Origin: an uncultured Ignavibacteriales bacterium
GTDB taxonomy: Bacteria; Zixibacteria; MSB-5A5; GN15; FEB-12
Length of the DNA: 64,000 nucleotides
Assembly: GCA_964464605.1 (NCBI GenBank)
Contig: CAYXJN010000001.1
Span: 193,068-257,067, forward strand
Direction of reading: 5' to 3'
The notes below the pieces were generated by a model that did no database searches, had not been told where the DNA came from, and worked only from the letters and a program-made list of their open reading frames with translations. Of the stretch, positions 51,684-61,361 are shown one piece after another (the stretch's first letter is position 1; every line of letters starts with the position of its first letter). The position numbers and the translations under genes were made by a program.

Positions 51684-52247
51684 CTACATCTTCGGCCATA
51701 ACCAACCGAATGTACCGGCGGTAACCAGAGCATAGAGCAGTGCGTCAAACAGCAATTTGAACACGGTCGACCAACTGCGACCATACCAAATCGAACTTTG
51801 AATCAATGCTAATCCATACCCCATAAATGCCGTTGTGCCAATAAAGCGAAACACGCTGAGATATGATCCACCCACAGGTACTGCATGCCACGTTATATAA
51901 GCCGAAAAGCAGCTGACCAAAACGCTAAATAAAAACCAGAGGAGCAAACTCTGGCCCATTTTCATCTGCCCATTCTGGAGTACCGTCATCACCGCGATCG
52001 GCCCCTTATTGAGCTTTTCCATAAATTCCGGCGTCTTGCAGTCTTTCATTGAATCTGCTCGCGGGAGCATATAGTCACCGGGCGTGATGTTGAATGGCCG
52101 AAGTGCCGCCTGAACCGCATCTTCGTTAGGTACTTTTTTGAAATCGTTGGCGTGATACTTGAGAACCATGTGAATGATCGAGCTTACTAGAAAGACAAAC
52201 ACGGCTGAAAGCAGGATCGGCGCCCATAATGCGGTGAGAAAATCCAT
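51684..52247 (-). CDS. Conserved hypothetical membrane protein
   Basis: Four to five TM segments; AGGAG RBS; ends FGWLWP. Confidence 0.7.
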   Translation of the reverse strand: MDFLTALWAPILLSAVFVFLVSSIIHMVLKYHANDFKKVPNEDAVQAALRPFNITPGDYMLPRADSMKDCKTPEFMEKLNKGPIAVMTVLQNGQMKMGQSLLLWFLFSVLVSCFSAYITWHAVPVGGSYLSVFRFIGTTAFMGYGLALIQSSIWYGRSWSTVFKLLFDALLYALVTAGTFGWLWPKM

Positions 52248-52450
52248 AGTCGATCTCCTATGACTTTATGTGATCTACGGTTGAGTCAATGATGAAAACA
52301 CACCGTTGTGTCACGCCATGTATAGGAAGTACGTGCAAATAGCGCAAGATTTAAAGCTTGTAACCAATGCGATGGGTAGATCAGCTGTGAGATAAGTAAT
52401 CGGGGAAATTTTAATCGGCAGTAATCGAATTGAGACGTGACCGAGCTTAT

Positions 52451-52918
52451 CTAACGAGAGCTGGAAAAAGATTTTCTCATACAGACACTACTGTCAACAC
52501 CTTGATATTGGCCGAAATTGGGGATTAGCTGGTACCCACTTTTCTGATACAGACGGATGGCTTCCGGTTGTTTCTTACCAGTTTCGAGAATGCTCTCTGA
52601 GAATCCTAATTCGCCAGCCCAAGCCTCCAATTCAGAGAGAATTTGACCAGCAATACCCCGACCTCTATGCTCTGGAAGCACGAACATCCTTTTGATCTCT
52701 ACAACTCGTTCGGAATAGTTTTTGAAGGCTCCGCAGGCGACGGCCACATTTTCCACGTAAGCAACTACTACCTGGGCAAGTGAGTCGATCGTATTGAAAG
52801 CGGCAAAGAAATCATGCTCCTCTCCGTCGCGTAACTTGAGATCCTGATCGAGGAGGGCGACCAATGCTCTGAATTCGGGACTACCTGAGTCTGTTCGAAC
52901 AATTCTAATATTAGTCAT
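52451..52918 (-). CDS. GNAT N-acetyltransferase
   Basis: EIKRMFV..RGRGIA; LETG..QPEAI.LY. Confidence 0.9.
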   Translation of the reverse strand: MTNIRIVRTDSGSPEFRALVALLDQDLKLRDGEEHDFFAAFNTIDSLAQVVVAYVENVAVACGAFKNYSERVVEIKRMFVLPEHRGRGIAGQILSELEAWAGELGFSESILETGKKQPEAIRLYQKSGYQLIPNFGQYQGVDSSVCMRKSFSSSR

Positions 52919-52958
52919 TCAACGTACAGATTTCTTTTTCACCATTTGATCTTCAGTA

Positions 52959-54041
52959 TTATTCAGAGCGTCTCGGTCGTCGGAAAGCCGCATCCCACGC
53001 GGTAAGCGCCGGTTTGGGGTTAAGGTCGATATCCACTAATCCCAAATGCGCAAACAACGGCAGTCCTGATCCGGGTGGAAGAGAAATGCCGCTTAAATCA
53101 AGATCAGTAAATGTCAGTTGAAACACCGCAGAGGCATTCACCGATTCCAGCAGCTTTATTTGTCGCTCGATATACCGACGTTGTATTTCTGGAGTCGAGA
53201 ATATGGAACCAAGTGAGTCCGATGTCCATCCCCCTTCGGTCACGAATACGGGAAGTGTCCGCCCATCAAGTAAGCGGGAGTAATAATCAGATGGGAGGCT
53301 GTCAGGGTCAGTGAACCCCGCTAAGTACGGATAAGATGAAAGACCGAGTTCCTCTATGAAAGGAAAGTGAACGAAATCGGTATCTACTCCGTGATATCCG
53401 CTCTGGTCGAATGTCCCCCAAGCATAATCCACCTGCACACTGATACTGAGAGGGACCGTGGTATCATGCGCTCTGACATCGGCGGCTGCATCATTGACCA
53501 CCTGCCGAATCGCAGAGTACAGTTGCGATGGAGCCGCACCTCGAATCAGATTCGTTTCTAAGGCGAGGCCAAGATGATCGGGCCGAATGATGCTATCGAT
53601 GACGACGCAATACCGGCGATATATCTGCTGAATCTCGGGCTCAGTTATACTCCGGCCATGCGCGACGAGTGAATCGGATTCTCCGCCTCGATTCAATCCA
53701 TTCGACGGATCAAGATATATCCAGAGTTTGTGTCCCTTCGCGCGGTAGTAATTAGCCAAAGGAAGTTCAGCAACTGTTACTTCTGTTTCAGGTGTAATGC
53801 CCGCAAGAAGAGGTCCCCACGGAATCTCAAAACTCATGATGGCGGCATCGGCGCGAAGCGACCACATATCAATTGCCTGAATTGCTTGTACCTGATCGTT
53901 CCGAGGTGGAATACCGGAAAACCCCATTCGAAACGACCGAGGCGGCAGATGGCTTTCGATTCCCTTGTCATGCTTACAGCCGGTTAGTACCGCGCAAAGC
54001 AACAGAAGGACAAGAAGCTGTACATGAAACCGCATATTCAT
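52959..54041 (-). CDS. Lipoprotein with possible glycoside-hydrolase TIM-barrel fold
   Basis: Lipobox VLTGC; 'ETN', 'GLSSYPY', 'VTEGGW', 'PKPA..W'. Confidence 0.6.
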   Translation of the reverse strand: MNMRFHVQLLVLLLLCAVLTGCKHDKGIESHLPPRSFRMGFSGIPPRNDQVQAIQAIDMWSLRADAAIMSFEIPWGPLLAGITPETEVTVAELPLANYYRAKGHKLWIYLDPSNGLNRGGESDSLVAHGRSITEPEIQQIYRRYCVVIDSIIRPDHLGLALETNLIRGAAPSQLYSAIRQVVNDAAADVRAHDTTVPLSISVQVDYAWGTFDQSGYHGVDTDFVHFPFIEELGLSSYPYLAGFTDPDSLPSDYYSRLLDGRTLPVFVTEGGWTSDSLGSIFSTPEIQRRYIERQIKLLESVNASAVFQLTFTDLDLSGISLPPGSGLPLFAHLGLVDIDLNPKPALTAWDAAFRRPRRSE

Positions 54042-54145
54042 TTGTCGGATTCTCTCAACGTAACTCAACCAGTGTACCTTTGCCATGCAAACAGGATACG
54101 ACTTTGCGATGAGCAATTCAATGAAGGACTGAAAATAGAAATTTT

Positions 54146-54157
54146 ATGGAGGTGGGG
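54146..54157 (-). repeat. Displaced copy of the tmRNA 3' end (putative att site)
   Basis: ATGGAGGTGGGG is identical to 56977-56988; both copies are preceded by AGAAAT. Confidence 0.7.
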
Positions 54158-54252
54158 AAGCCTAAAGATGCGCTCTTGGCAATTTTCATTCTGCAAACAG
54201 TGCCACATGATCCGTAATTTGCAATGATCCAATTTCGTAGCTCACTTAAATA

Positions 54253-56823
54253 TCATGCTAATATATTTCCTATGATTCTTCGCTTAGTCTTGTCATGAAG
54301 TTTTGCCAAGAGATATTTTTCCTCCCTAGTCCTTAAGCCAAACTCTTTCCTATGTTTTTCCAAAATATCTTCAATCTCTCCCTTGTTGGATAGCTCAATT
54401 CTAAGAGCAAGCATGAGAACTGCCGGAAACCAAAATCCGACGGATTCTCGCAGGCGAATCGATTCTAAGCAAAAGTCAATTGCAGTCTTATATTCAGCTC
54501 TTCGACGATGCCTATGTATTAGGTGCGCCATATTATTATATATCTTAGCCTTGACCCTTTCCACCTTGGTAGCTGCAAGTGCACAATTATATAGCTCCAT
54601 AGCCTTTTCATAGTCTCTTCTATAACGAGAAAATAGATTCCCACTAATGTTGAAATATCTATATGTATCCTTGTTCTTCGTGCTGTCTAATAGTGTCTTG
54701 CAAAGAGCATCTTGTTGCTCTTTTTCGCAGAAATCTGCAAAGAATAACTTCACACTATCGGTCTGAAGCAATATCTCATCAATTTTGTCAACAATTTCTG
54801 CCTTAATAAGATATTTGCGACTTCTGCATACTTCAACGAGGAGACAATTGTATATTGGTATCGAAAAGTGATTTGCTCGGGATGTGATTGCGCTAACGTA
54901 TTCTTCCACTTTCTCAACGTCCATCGAGCTGATGAATGTCTTAACAATCGTTGAACGTACCTTAAATCCCCCTTTCGTTACTGCTTTCTCATATGCTGGT
55001 GCTCCATCAGCTTCATCTACGGCCAGTGCAAAGACCGACTTTGTCCTTTCAGCCAATAAAAGTTGTTCTCTTGACAATGCATTTCTCTTTATTTCCCTAT
55101 GAACTCGTTCATACTCCAACTTGCTTTTTTCTATCACTCTGTCTCCAAGTGATGAAAAGGAAGTGATGTACTTCAACCGCGTCAAATAATCGAGCGAACA
55201 TTCCCCGTGGCTTGAGTAGTAAGTCAGCGCATCAAACACAAGCGGTTCAACTTCTCGTGTACTGCCTTTTTTTACTTTGACAACTGCCAGGCTTAGTTGA
55301 GCCCATGCAAATGCCCTCTTATCAATGTCTCTGAATTTCTCCAACGCATCTTCGAACAATCTCTCCGCTGAATCGAAATTACTAGCTTCAAAATACACCA
55401 TTCCAAGATTCATTTCAGCGATTGCAATCGAATGCAAATCTTTGGTCAGGCGCTGTTCAAGAAGAGTTACTTCACAAAGGTCAAAGGCTGATTGATAGCT
55501 GCCTTGTCCTAAATAGGCTCTTCCCAAGATCCCAAATGACTGGCACAATGCCTTGAAATTGACTCTTTCAATAGATCGACTAGATAGTATCGACTCAAGA
55601 ATGTTAGCTGCCAAGTCATACGCGCCGCTTGCCTGAAGTATTTCGCAATATGTGCCAACAATCCTTAGCCGCGTCTGTGGCGCAACTCTAACTAACTTCG
55701 GATCCCGTTCCATCCATCGCGAGAGCGCATCAAAAGCCTCTCTTAAATCATAATAAACAAAACGACATTGACTATAAGTAAGCGTCGGATAGGGATTGTC
55801 TCCACCTTTTCTGTCGATATCAAGTTTACAGATATCAGATAGCTCCTTGTGTCGTCCAACTTTCTTCAAAGGCAGCGACATCTGGCTCAGTGCCTTATAA
55901 TACATTTTAAAGTCGCCATGAGAGTGAGCTTCCCGACAATATTGCCCAAGTGCATCAACACCTTCATCGGTCGTGACATCAAACCTTTCTTTAAGAGGCA
56001 CTTCGTCGACATCGGCTAAGTTGATGTTTTTTGTCTCCTGTTTATATCGTCGCCCTAACAACCAAACTATGTTTTGAGCTAAGTATTCTAACACGCTATC
56101 GGAGGCGTCTTCTGGTTTTGTGGCAGAATAATGATCTCCATGAACCAACTTTGTCTGATTCTCGGGAATCCCAAAAAAGGCACTGAATTGATTCACCCAC
56201 TGATCGCCAGTAGTTCCTATGGCCCAAGTCGGTACGTGACACTTTCCGTCCAAACTATCCATCCGATCAAAATTGAAGTTTCTTTTGAAATAGGCAGATA
56301 GGGTTATGAGGTCCGAACTGCCAAATTCTAATACTTTACCGTCTTGGTTTATGAAAGGTATTCGTCTTAGCACAAAAGCAAGAGTCGCACCTGCTAGTGG
56401 TGAGTTGAACAGAAATTGGCCCACGATTTTTGATAGTACTTGTGTTTCCCCCCTCTCATGGAGTAACTTGAGTACCATTGCTATTATTATGCCACCTTCG
56501 CTATGGCCACATAAAATGTAACTGCCTTCAAAGGGGTTATCGCGTAGATAATCGGCTAGCACTGCAGCATCATCCCAGGGAGACTTTGATGCTTTTAACC
56601 AACGTCGTTTTACACCGCTGGCATAGCTAAATTGACATATGGAAACATTAATTATCTTTTCGGCCAGATACCTTGGTAGGTCTCCCCAAGAATCATTGTC
56701 TCCATGAAGACCGTGAACAAACACTATTCTGCAAGTTTCTTGTTCGGAAGTGAGTTCAGGTTTCGATAAGATTTCAAACCCTAACTTGGACTTCCCAAAT
56801 ATCACTCTATAAATATTACCCAC
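54253..56823 (-). CDS. Alpha/beta hydrolase (DUF676/PGAP1-like) fused to TPR-like repeats
   Basis: IVFVHGLHG, GHSEGG, SPLAGA, DQWV, GDHYSATKP; TPR-like helices such as AIAEMNLGMVY and AKIYNNMAHL. Confidence 0.8.
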   Translation of the reverse strand: MGNIYRVIFGKSKLGFEILSKPELTSEQETCRIVFVHGLHGDNDSWGDLPRYLAEKIINVSICQFSYASGVKRRWLKASKSPWDDAAVLADYLRDNPFEGSYILCGHSEGGIIIAMVLKLLHERGETQVLSKIVGQFLFNSPLAGATLAFVLRRIPFINQDGKVLEFGSSDLITLSAYFKRNFNFDRMDSLDGKCHVPTWAIGTTGDQWVNQFSAFFGIPENQTKLVHGDHYSATKPEDASDSVLEYLAQNIVWLLGRRYKQETKNINLADVDEVPLKERFDVTTDEGVDALGQYCREAHSHGDFKMYYKALSQMSLPLKKVGRHKELSDICKLDIDRKGGDNPYPTLTYSQCRFVYYDLREAFDALSRWMERDPKLVRVAPQTRLRIVGTYCEILQASGAYDLAANILESILSSRSIERVNFKALCQSFGILGRAYLGQGSYQSAFDLCEVTLLEQRLTKDLHSIAIAEMNLGMVYFEASNFDSAERLFEDALEKFRDIDKRAFAWAQLSLAVVKVKKGSTREVEPLVFDALTYYSSHGECSLDYLTRLKYITSFSSLGDRVIEKSKLEYERVHREIKRNALSREQLLLAERTKSVFALAVDEADGAPAYEKAVTKGGFKVRSTIVKTFISSMDVEKVEEYVSAITSRANHFSIPIYNCLLVEVCRSRKYLIKAEIVDKIDEILLQTDSVKLFFADFCEKEQQDALCKTLLDSTKNKDTYRYFNISGNLFSRYRRDYEKAMELYNCALAATKVERVKAKIYNNMAHLIHRHRRRAEYKTAIDFCLESIRLRESVGFWFPAVLMLALRIELSNKGEIEDILEKHRKEFGLRTREEKYLLAKLHDKTKRRIIGNILA

Positions 56824-56977
56824 TTAGCTCACGCCCTTCTTTTATGATATGACCAACTTGAATAATATCTGTTACTTTTGCATAAATGTCTAGGTGAATG
56901 CCCTTCTAATTACAAAGCTAGTTAAATGAATTATCTTCCCGATTTGGTATGATATCTCTGACAATCGCAGAAATAAA

Positions 56978-57327
56978 TGGAGGTGGGGGGAATCGAACCC
57001 CCGTCCGAATGCAACGTCAAGTTGCCATCTACATGCTTATTCGTTCATTACGTTCTCGTTCCAAGCGCTGCCGAACGACAGGCCACTCCTGAAACCAGCC
57101 GCTGTGGTTTTTGTCGACTGCTCGCGGCGGGCGGTCGCTTAGCCTCTATGATCGTCGCATCATCCCGAGCCTACAGGCGGAGCTCGGGGTCAGCGTGCTG
57201 CACTTAATTAGGCAGCAAGGGCGTATGATTCGCCACTTACGTGTTTGTCCATTTTGTTAACGGGGACTCAGACTACCCCGGCATGCCAACAACCCCCCGC
57301 TACACCCGTCGAAACCAGGTCACCCCC
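56978..57327 (-). ncRNA. ssrA: tmRNA
   Basis: 5' GGGGGTGACCTGGTTTCGAC; 3' GACGGGGGTTCGATTCCCCCCACCTCCA; tag frame 57234-57208 encodes GESYALAA*. CCA not encoded. Confidence 0.96.
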
Positions 57328-57386
57328 AAAATTTGAGGAGACAGGACGGGATACAGCATGGCAGGTTATGCCAAACTACATCCAGT

Positions 57387-57398
57387 TGTCAAAGAGCA
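57387..57398 (-). promoter_or_regulatory. boxA-like antitermination element in the ssrA leader
   Basis: TGCTCTTTGACA (then ACT), directly after a long hairpin at 57399-57441. Confidence 0.65.
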
Positions 57399-57445
57399 AA
57401 GCCTCCGACCCCGCCTGTGCCACAAGCGCGGTCGAAAGCCCTAAT

Positions 57446-57474
57446 AGTATATCGTCTTGCAGTACCTATTACAA
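57446..57474 (-). promoter_or_regulatory. Sigma70 promoter of ssrA
   Basis: TTGTAA-17 nt-TATACT. Confidence 0.7.
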
Positions 57475-57498
57475 CGGCTGGAACCAAAAAAAGTTCCG

Positions 57499-59736
57499 CT
57501 ATTTCACCAGTGTAAACGGCACCGCCAATTTCAGATAGGCGCTTACACCCGGATTGTCAGCGTAATCTTTGTAGCGGGAAAGATGATCCCGGTACGATTT
57601 GTCTAACAAATTATTAACACCAAAATCAACTGCGATCCGCTCTGATCCAGCAGGAATTTCAAATCCAGCCGACCAATCGACTACGCCATACCCGGCTGAT
57701 TCCGTTTCGTACTCAGCTATCCTATTCTGCTTAGCTATACCTTTAATCTCAAATTCAGCGTATGGATTCAAAATCGAGGAGCTCAATTCATTTGTCTGAA
57801 ATCGAATGCTTCCTTTTACCCGGTCCGCAGGCATGAGCGGTAACGGCGAGTTAGTAGCATCATTATCACCGCGGACAATGTCGACACCGGCTGAAACAAT
57901 CAGCCAGTCGCTTGCCGCAACATGAAGCGAGGCCTCCCCACCGAACAAGACTGCATCCGCTTGTTCGTATTCGTAAATAGCCAGATTTTCAGTCGAATCA
58001 ATATCGCCGGTTGGATTCAGATAAATGTAGTCATTGATTTGATTAACAAACCCGGACAACTCACCTTGCATTTTACCTGATGAAACGCGAACAGATGCAT
58101 CCACATTCAATGATTGCTCCGGCGTTAAATTGTCTCTCCCAATTTCAAATCGGTTAGTTCCTTCATGCACACCGTTGATAAACAGTTCAAATGCTGTCGG
58201 TGCCCGCCATGCTCTACCGACGTTGCATGTGAGCGCAATATCATCGGTAGCACGATAGACCATACCGATTGTTCCGGTAACAGAACTATAGTCGAGCGAT
58301 TGCGCCTCAACCAGGAAATCTTCCGCACCCTCAGTATGTTTGATATCCAGGGTGCGGTTATCGACTCGCAAACCGCCGGAAAGGGTGATTTTCCCTTTGG
58401 CGTATTGCTCAAACAGATACGCAGAAAGATCAAGATTATCAAATTCCGGAATAAGCTTTTCTTCCGCTTTGGTTTCATTTTGCTGGTTCATCAATGATAA
58501 CCCAACCGTACCGGAGAAATCGCCGAACGGCTGATGATGCGCTTTCAAGTCAGCGGTGAATGTCGTTAAATCCAGATACAGCACCGGCTCCGCGGCATCT
58601 TTTTCCTCAAACTCTTTTCGCTGATTGCGCTGCCATCCGCCGTTGAATTCAAATCGCATGGGACGAGCCGGAAGATTGACGTGCGTATGCACCCGGTCAT
58701 GGTTCACATCCTGATTCGGAGTGGCATCCGGTTCCTCCGCCGGGTCTTCATGAATCTGCAGATTTTGATCGAAATGCAGGTAATCGACATCCATCGCGAA
58801 TTTTTCGGTATGTATCCCGAACGCACCAGCGGCATTGGTTTGCGTTTCACCGCTGTTGAATAATGTACCGGACGGAGTACGGGTATCCCCTGCCTCCCGC
58901 ATCGACAGATTCGCTCTGTACCCGACATCTTTGTAGGCACCAAACAATGATGCTGCTCCTGCTCCTTGCTCATTGCCTGAAAAGCCATTGCCGACTAAAC
59001 GCCCGGCTAAAAGCGGCGCACCTTCATGTGATGAGGGTGGTTCTTTGGTAATAATATTCACCACGCCGCCCAAAGCATCTGAGCCGTACAGTACCGAGCT
59101 TGGTCCGCGAACCACTTCGATACTTTCAATTTCGAAAGGATCGATCTCGGTTCCGTGTTCATCCCCCCACTGCTGCCCTTCCTGACGAACACCATCACTC
59201 ACGACCAACACCCGCTGCGAGGATAACCCGCGAATAACCGGTTTGGCGATATTGCTCCCGGTCGTGAACATCGTAACACCGGGGGTAGATGCAATCGTTT
59301 CACCGACTGTTTCTCCTCGTTTCTGCTGAAGTTCACGGTCACGCATAATCGTTACCGATTGCGGTGAGTATAGTGCGTCAGTCGGCTGCGGAGTCGCCGT
59401 AACGGTGATACTGTTCATTTCGAATGATTGCGCTTGTAACACGATGTCAAGCCGCGTAGTGTCGACGGTAACTTCTATCGTGCGAACAACTGAAGCAAAC
59501 CCGATACAACTAAAGGAAATCGTGTATGATCCGCGCGGGAGGCGGTTGATAGTATAAAATCCGGCATCATTGGTCACGGTCGCCCGGTCAATTGCTGGAA
59601 TATTGACTGTTACTTTGGAAATCGGTGTGCCGGAAGAATCAGTCACGCTTCCGGTAATCGTTTCAGCTTTCCCTGAAACTACTGCTACTAATAAAGCAGC
59701 AAAGCATATACATAATTGGCGTAGTAAAACGCGCAT
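57499..59736 (-). CDS. TonB-dependent receptor, probably for a metal, with N-terminal carboxypeptidase-regulatory-like domain
   Basis: PVIRGL, QQWGDEHG, IEVVRGPSSVLYGSDALGGV, ELFINGVHEGT, NLLDKSY. Confidence 0.92.
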   Translation of the reverse strand: MRVLLRQLCICFAALLVAVVSGKAETITGSVTDSSGTPISKVTVNIPAIDRATVTNDAGFYTINRLPRGSYTISFSCIGFASVVRTIEVTVDTTRLDIVLQAQSFEMNSITVTATPQPTDALYSPQSVTIMRDRELQQKRGETVGETIASTPGVTMFTTGSNIAKPVIRGLSSQRVLVVSDGVRQEGQQWGDEHGTEIDPFEIESIEVVRGPSSVLYGSDALGGVVNIITKEPPSSHEGAPLLAGRLVGNGFSGNEQGAGAASLFGAYKDVGYRANLSMREAGDTRTPSGTLFNSGETQTNAAGAFGIHTEKFAMDVDYLHFDQNLQIHEDPAEEPDATPNQDVNHDRVHTHVNLPARPMRFEFNGGWQRNQRKEFEEKDAAEPVLYLDLTTFTADLKAHHQPFGDFSGTVGLSLMNQQNETKAEEKLIPEFDNLDLSAYLFEQYAKGKITLSGGLRVDNRTLDIKHTEGAEDFLVEAQSLDYSSVTGTIGMVYRATDDIALTCNVGRAWRAPTAFELFINGVHEGTNRFEIGRDNLTPEQSLNVDASVRVSSGKMQGELSGFVNQINDYIYLNPTGDIDSTENLAIYEYEQADAVLFGGEASLHVAASDWLIVSAGVDIVRGDNDATNSPLPLMPADRVKGSIRFQTNELSSSILNPYAEFEIKGIAKQNRIAEYETESAGYGVVDWSAGFEIPAGSERIAVDFGVNNLLDKSYRDHLSRYKDYADNPGVSAYLKLAVPFTLVK

Positions 59737-59869
59737 GTTGTTCTCCTGATATTTGTTTGGCGCAGGCCGCCAAGAGCAAGGCAAAGCGGCAATTATGCTG
59801 CCAATGATTATGAACGACAATGAGACGCATAACAACGCCGTCAATGTGTTCGTTTACTGAATATGAAAA

Positions 59870-60157
59870 TCAGGAGTGTGCAGGAGGGGCGCGGTCAGTA
59901 ACAGAGGAATAGACAAAAGATTTGTGGACGGAAATATCAACGATGACGATGTGCACGTCGATATTGGCGGGAGCAATGTCGGCAGCAGTAATGCTGACCG
60001 GCGCGCCAAGATGAATATCGGCGTGACAAATAACGCAACTATGATCCGTCTCGGCATGTTCGGCGCTATGAAATACCAGATACGTAAACGAAGCAAGCAG
60101 AACAAAGATGATTGCTTGCGCAAATCGGTTTTGTATTCTGAATTTCTGAAAGGTCAT
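59870..60157 (-). CDS. DUF2946-like leader protein with His/CxxC motif and C-terminal RAPP arrest motif
   Basis: N-terminal hydrophobic helix, HSAEHAETDHSCVICH, C-terminal DRAPPAHS; directly upstream of the receptor gene. Confidence 0.8.
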   Translation of the reverse strand: MTFQKFRIQNRFAQAIIFVLLASFTYLVFHSAEHAETDHSCVICHADIHLGAPVSITAADIAPANIDVHIVIVDISVHKSFVYSSVTDRAPPAHS

Positions 60158-60213
60158 AGCGTATTAGTATATAGATTCCCGGCAAATCGACAAGCGGTTT
60201 CTGTTACCCCTAT

Positions 60214-61239
60214 TTACGCGTTCGGACGCAGATAGGTTCCGACAAAGTTTCCTTGCAGCAAGTCTTTCAAACTGATGTGTACCGAACGAAATTTATAACC
60301 GAGCTCACGGTGTGCCTTCATTGAAGAAACCGACCAGTGATACTCCAATAACCGCATCAAATCGGGGTAGACTTTAATTTTGCCGGCACCGATCGCCTTA
60401 TCGAAAAGGTATTTCCCCTGCGCGTACCAGCGAAACCAGTTGCGCGGCGGCGCTATCAAGTGCGGAGTTCGATGCGTTAAGGTCGAGACAGTCAATACCA
60501 GTTCACGGAAGGTGATATCATCTCCGCCTAAAATATACCGTTCCTTATCCCGTCCTTTTTCCAGTGCAGCGATAATACCGGGGGCCAAATCGCGCAGGTC
60601 GACTAAATTTATCAAATTTCCGAAATTCGGCATCAACGGCCAGCGCAAAAATTCTATTCCCTGATTGATATCATTTCCCTCTTTTCGCGGGGAGAGAGTG
60701 ATAGAGGGATTTACGATTACCAGCTCTGTTCGTCCGTTCGCTCTGGCAAGCAGTTCAACTTCAGCCGCATGTTTGCTCATCAAATACGGAATGCGGAGAT
60801 GATCCAGATTATAGACTGTTTCTTCGGTCAGCGGCTCCGGCTTTGTTCCGTCGGAAAAAGGGGCGCCACCGACAGCGCCGGTTGTTGAGACATGCACAAA
60901 CCGTTTCACATTCGCCTGCTGCGCCGCTCTGAAAAGATTGGTCGCGCCAAACGTATTCAGGCCGGTAAACTGTGTCAGCCTGTCTCCGCGCCAGGAAATC
61001 ATCCCTGCGGTGTGGATAATAGCGTCGACCCCCTGCACTAACGCCTGCAGTTCCGATTCATTTCGCAAATCGGCGTACCTTTTTTCAAGTCCGAGTGAGT
61101 CGATATAGCCGGTATCAGATTCCTTGCGAACATGCGCAATCGGACGGACACCTTTTCGATCGAGTTCAAAAACGAGCTGCGAACCGATACGACCCGTTGC
61201 GCCGGAGATGAGAATTGTTGAATGCTTTATGTCTATCAT
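60214..61239 (-). CDS. NAD-dependent epimerase/dehydratase (HpnA/DFR-like)
   Basis: SGATGRIG, HTAG, HVST, YLMSK, ERYILGG. Confidence 0.88.
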   Translation of the reverse strand: MIDIKHSTILISGATGRIGSQLVFELDRKGVRPIAHVRKESDTGYIDSLGLEKRYADLRNESELQALVQGVDAIIHTAGMISWRGDRLTQFTGLNTFGATNLFRAAQQANVKRFVHVSTTGAVGGAPFSDGTKPEPLTEETVYNLDHLRIPYLMSKHAAEVELLARANGRTELVIVNPSITLSPRKEGNDINQGIEFLRWPLMPNFGNLINLVDLRDLAPGIIAALEKGRDKERYILGGDDITFRELVLTVSTLTHRTPHLIAPPRNWFRWYAQGKYLFDKAIGAGKIKVYPDLMRLLEYHWSVSSMKAHRELGYKFRSVHISLKDLLQGNFVGTYLRPNA

Positions 61240-61361
61240 AGCGTATGTCTGACGCAAAGAGATACTATGACGACACCGGATTATCAAATGGTTTTTGTAC
61301 CGCTCGGCAATGCCTCCTTTTGTTGACAGCAACCTGTGTACAAACTACTTTTGAAGCCGTA

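Larger units (their letters stand above)
54146..56988. mobile_element. Integrase-less genomic islet at the tmRNA 3' end
   Basis: Flanking direct repeat of the ssrA 3' end; single AT-rich cargo gene. Confidence 0.62.

Noticed and set aside
52445..52925. GTTRRRY motifs at both ends of the GNAT gene (GTTGAAT, GTTAGAT), suggesting an integron cassette
   Set aside because: No matching RYYYAAC or attC hairpin, no integrase, and such 7-mers are common by chance.
56977..57538. Plus-strand ORFs 56977-57207, 57245-57538 and 57333-57515
   Set aside because: They are antisense to the tmRNA and its leader and have no protein features.
59870..60157. CVICH as a heme c attachment site
   Set aside because: There is no cytochrome-sized fold, and the DUF2946-like metal-site context explains the motif better.
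59854..60235. Alternative ORFs 59854-60123 (-) and 59876-60235 (+)
   Set aside because: The 59870-60157 frame carries the CxxC and RAPP motifs; these frames do not.
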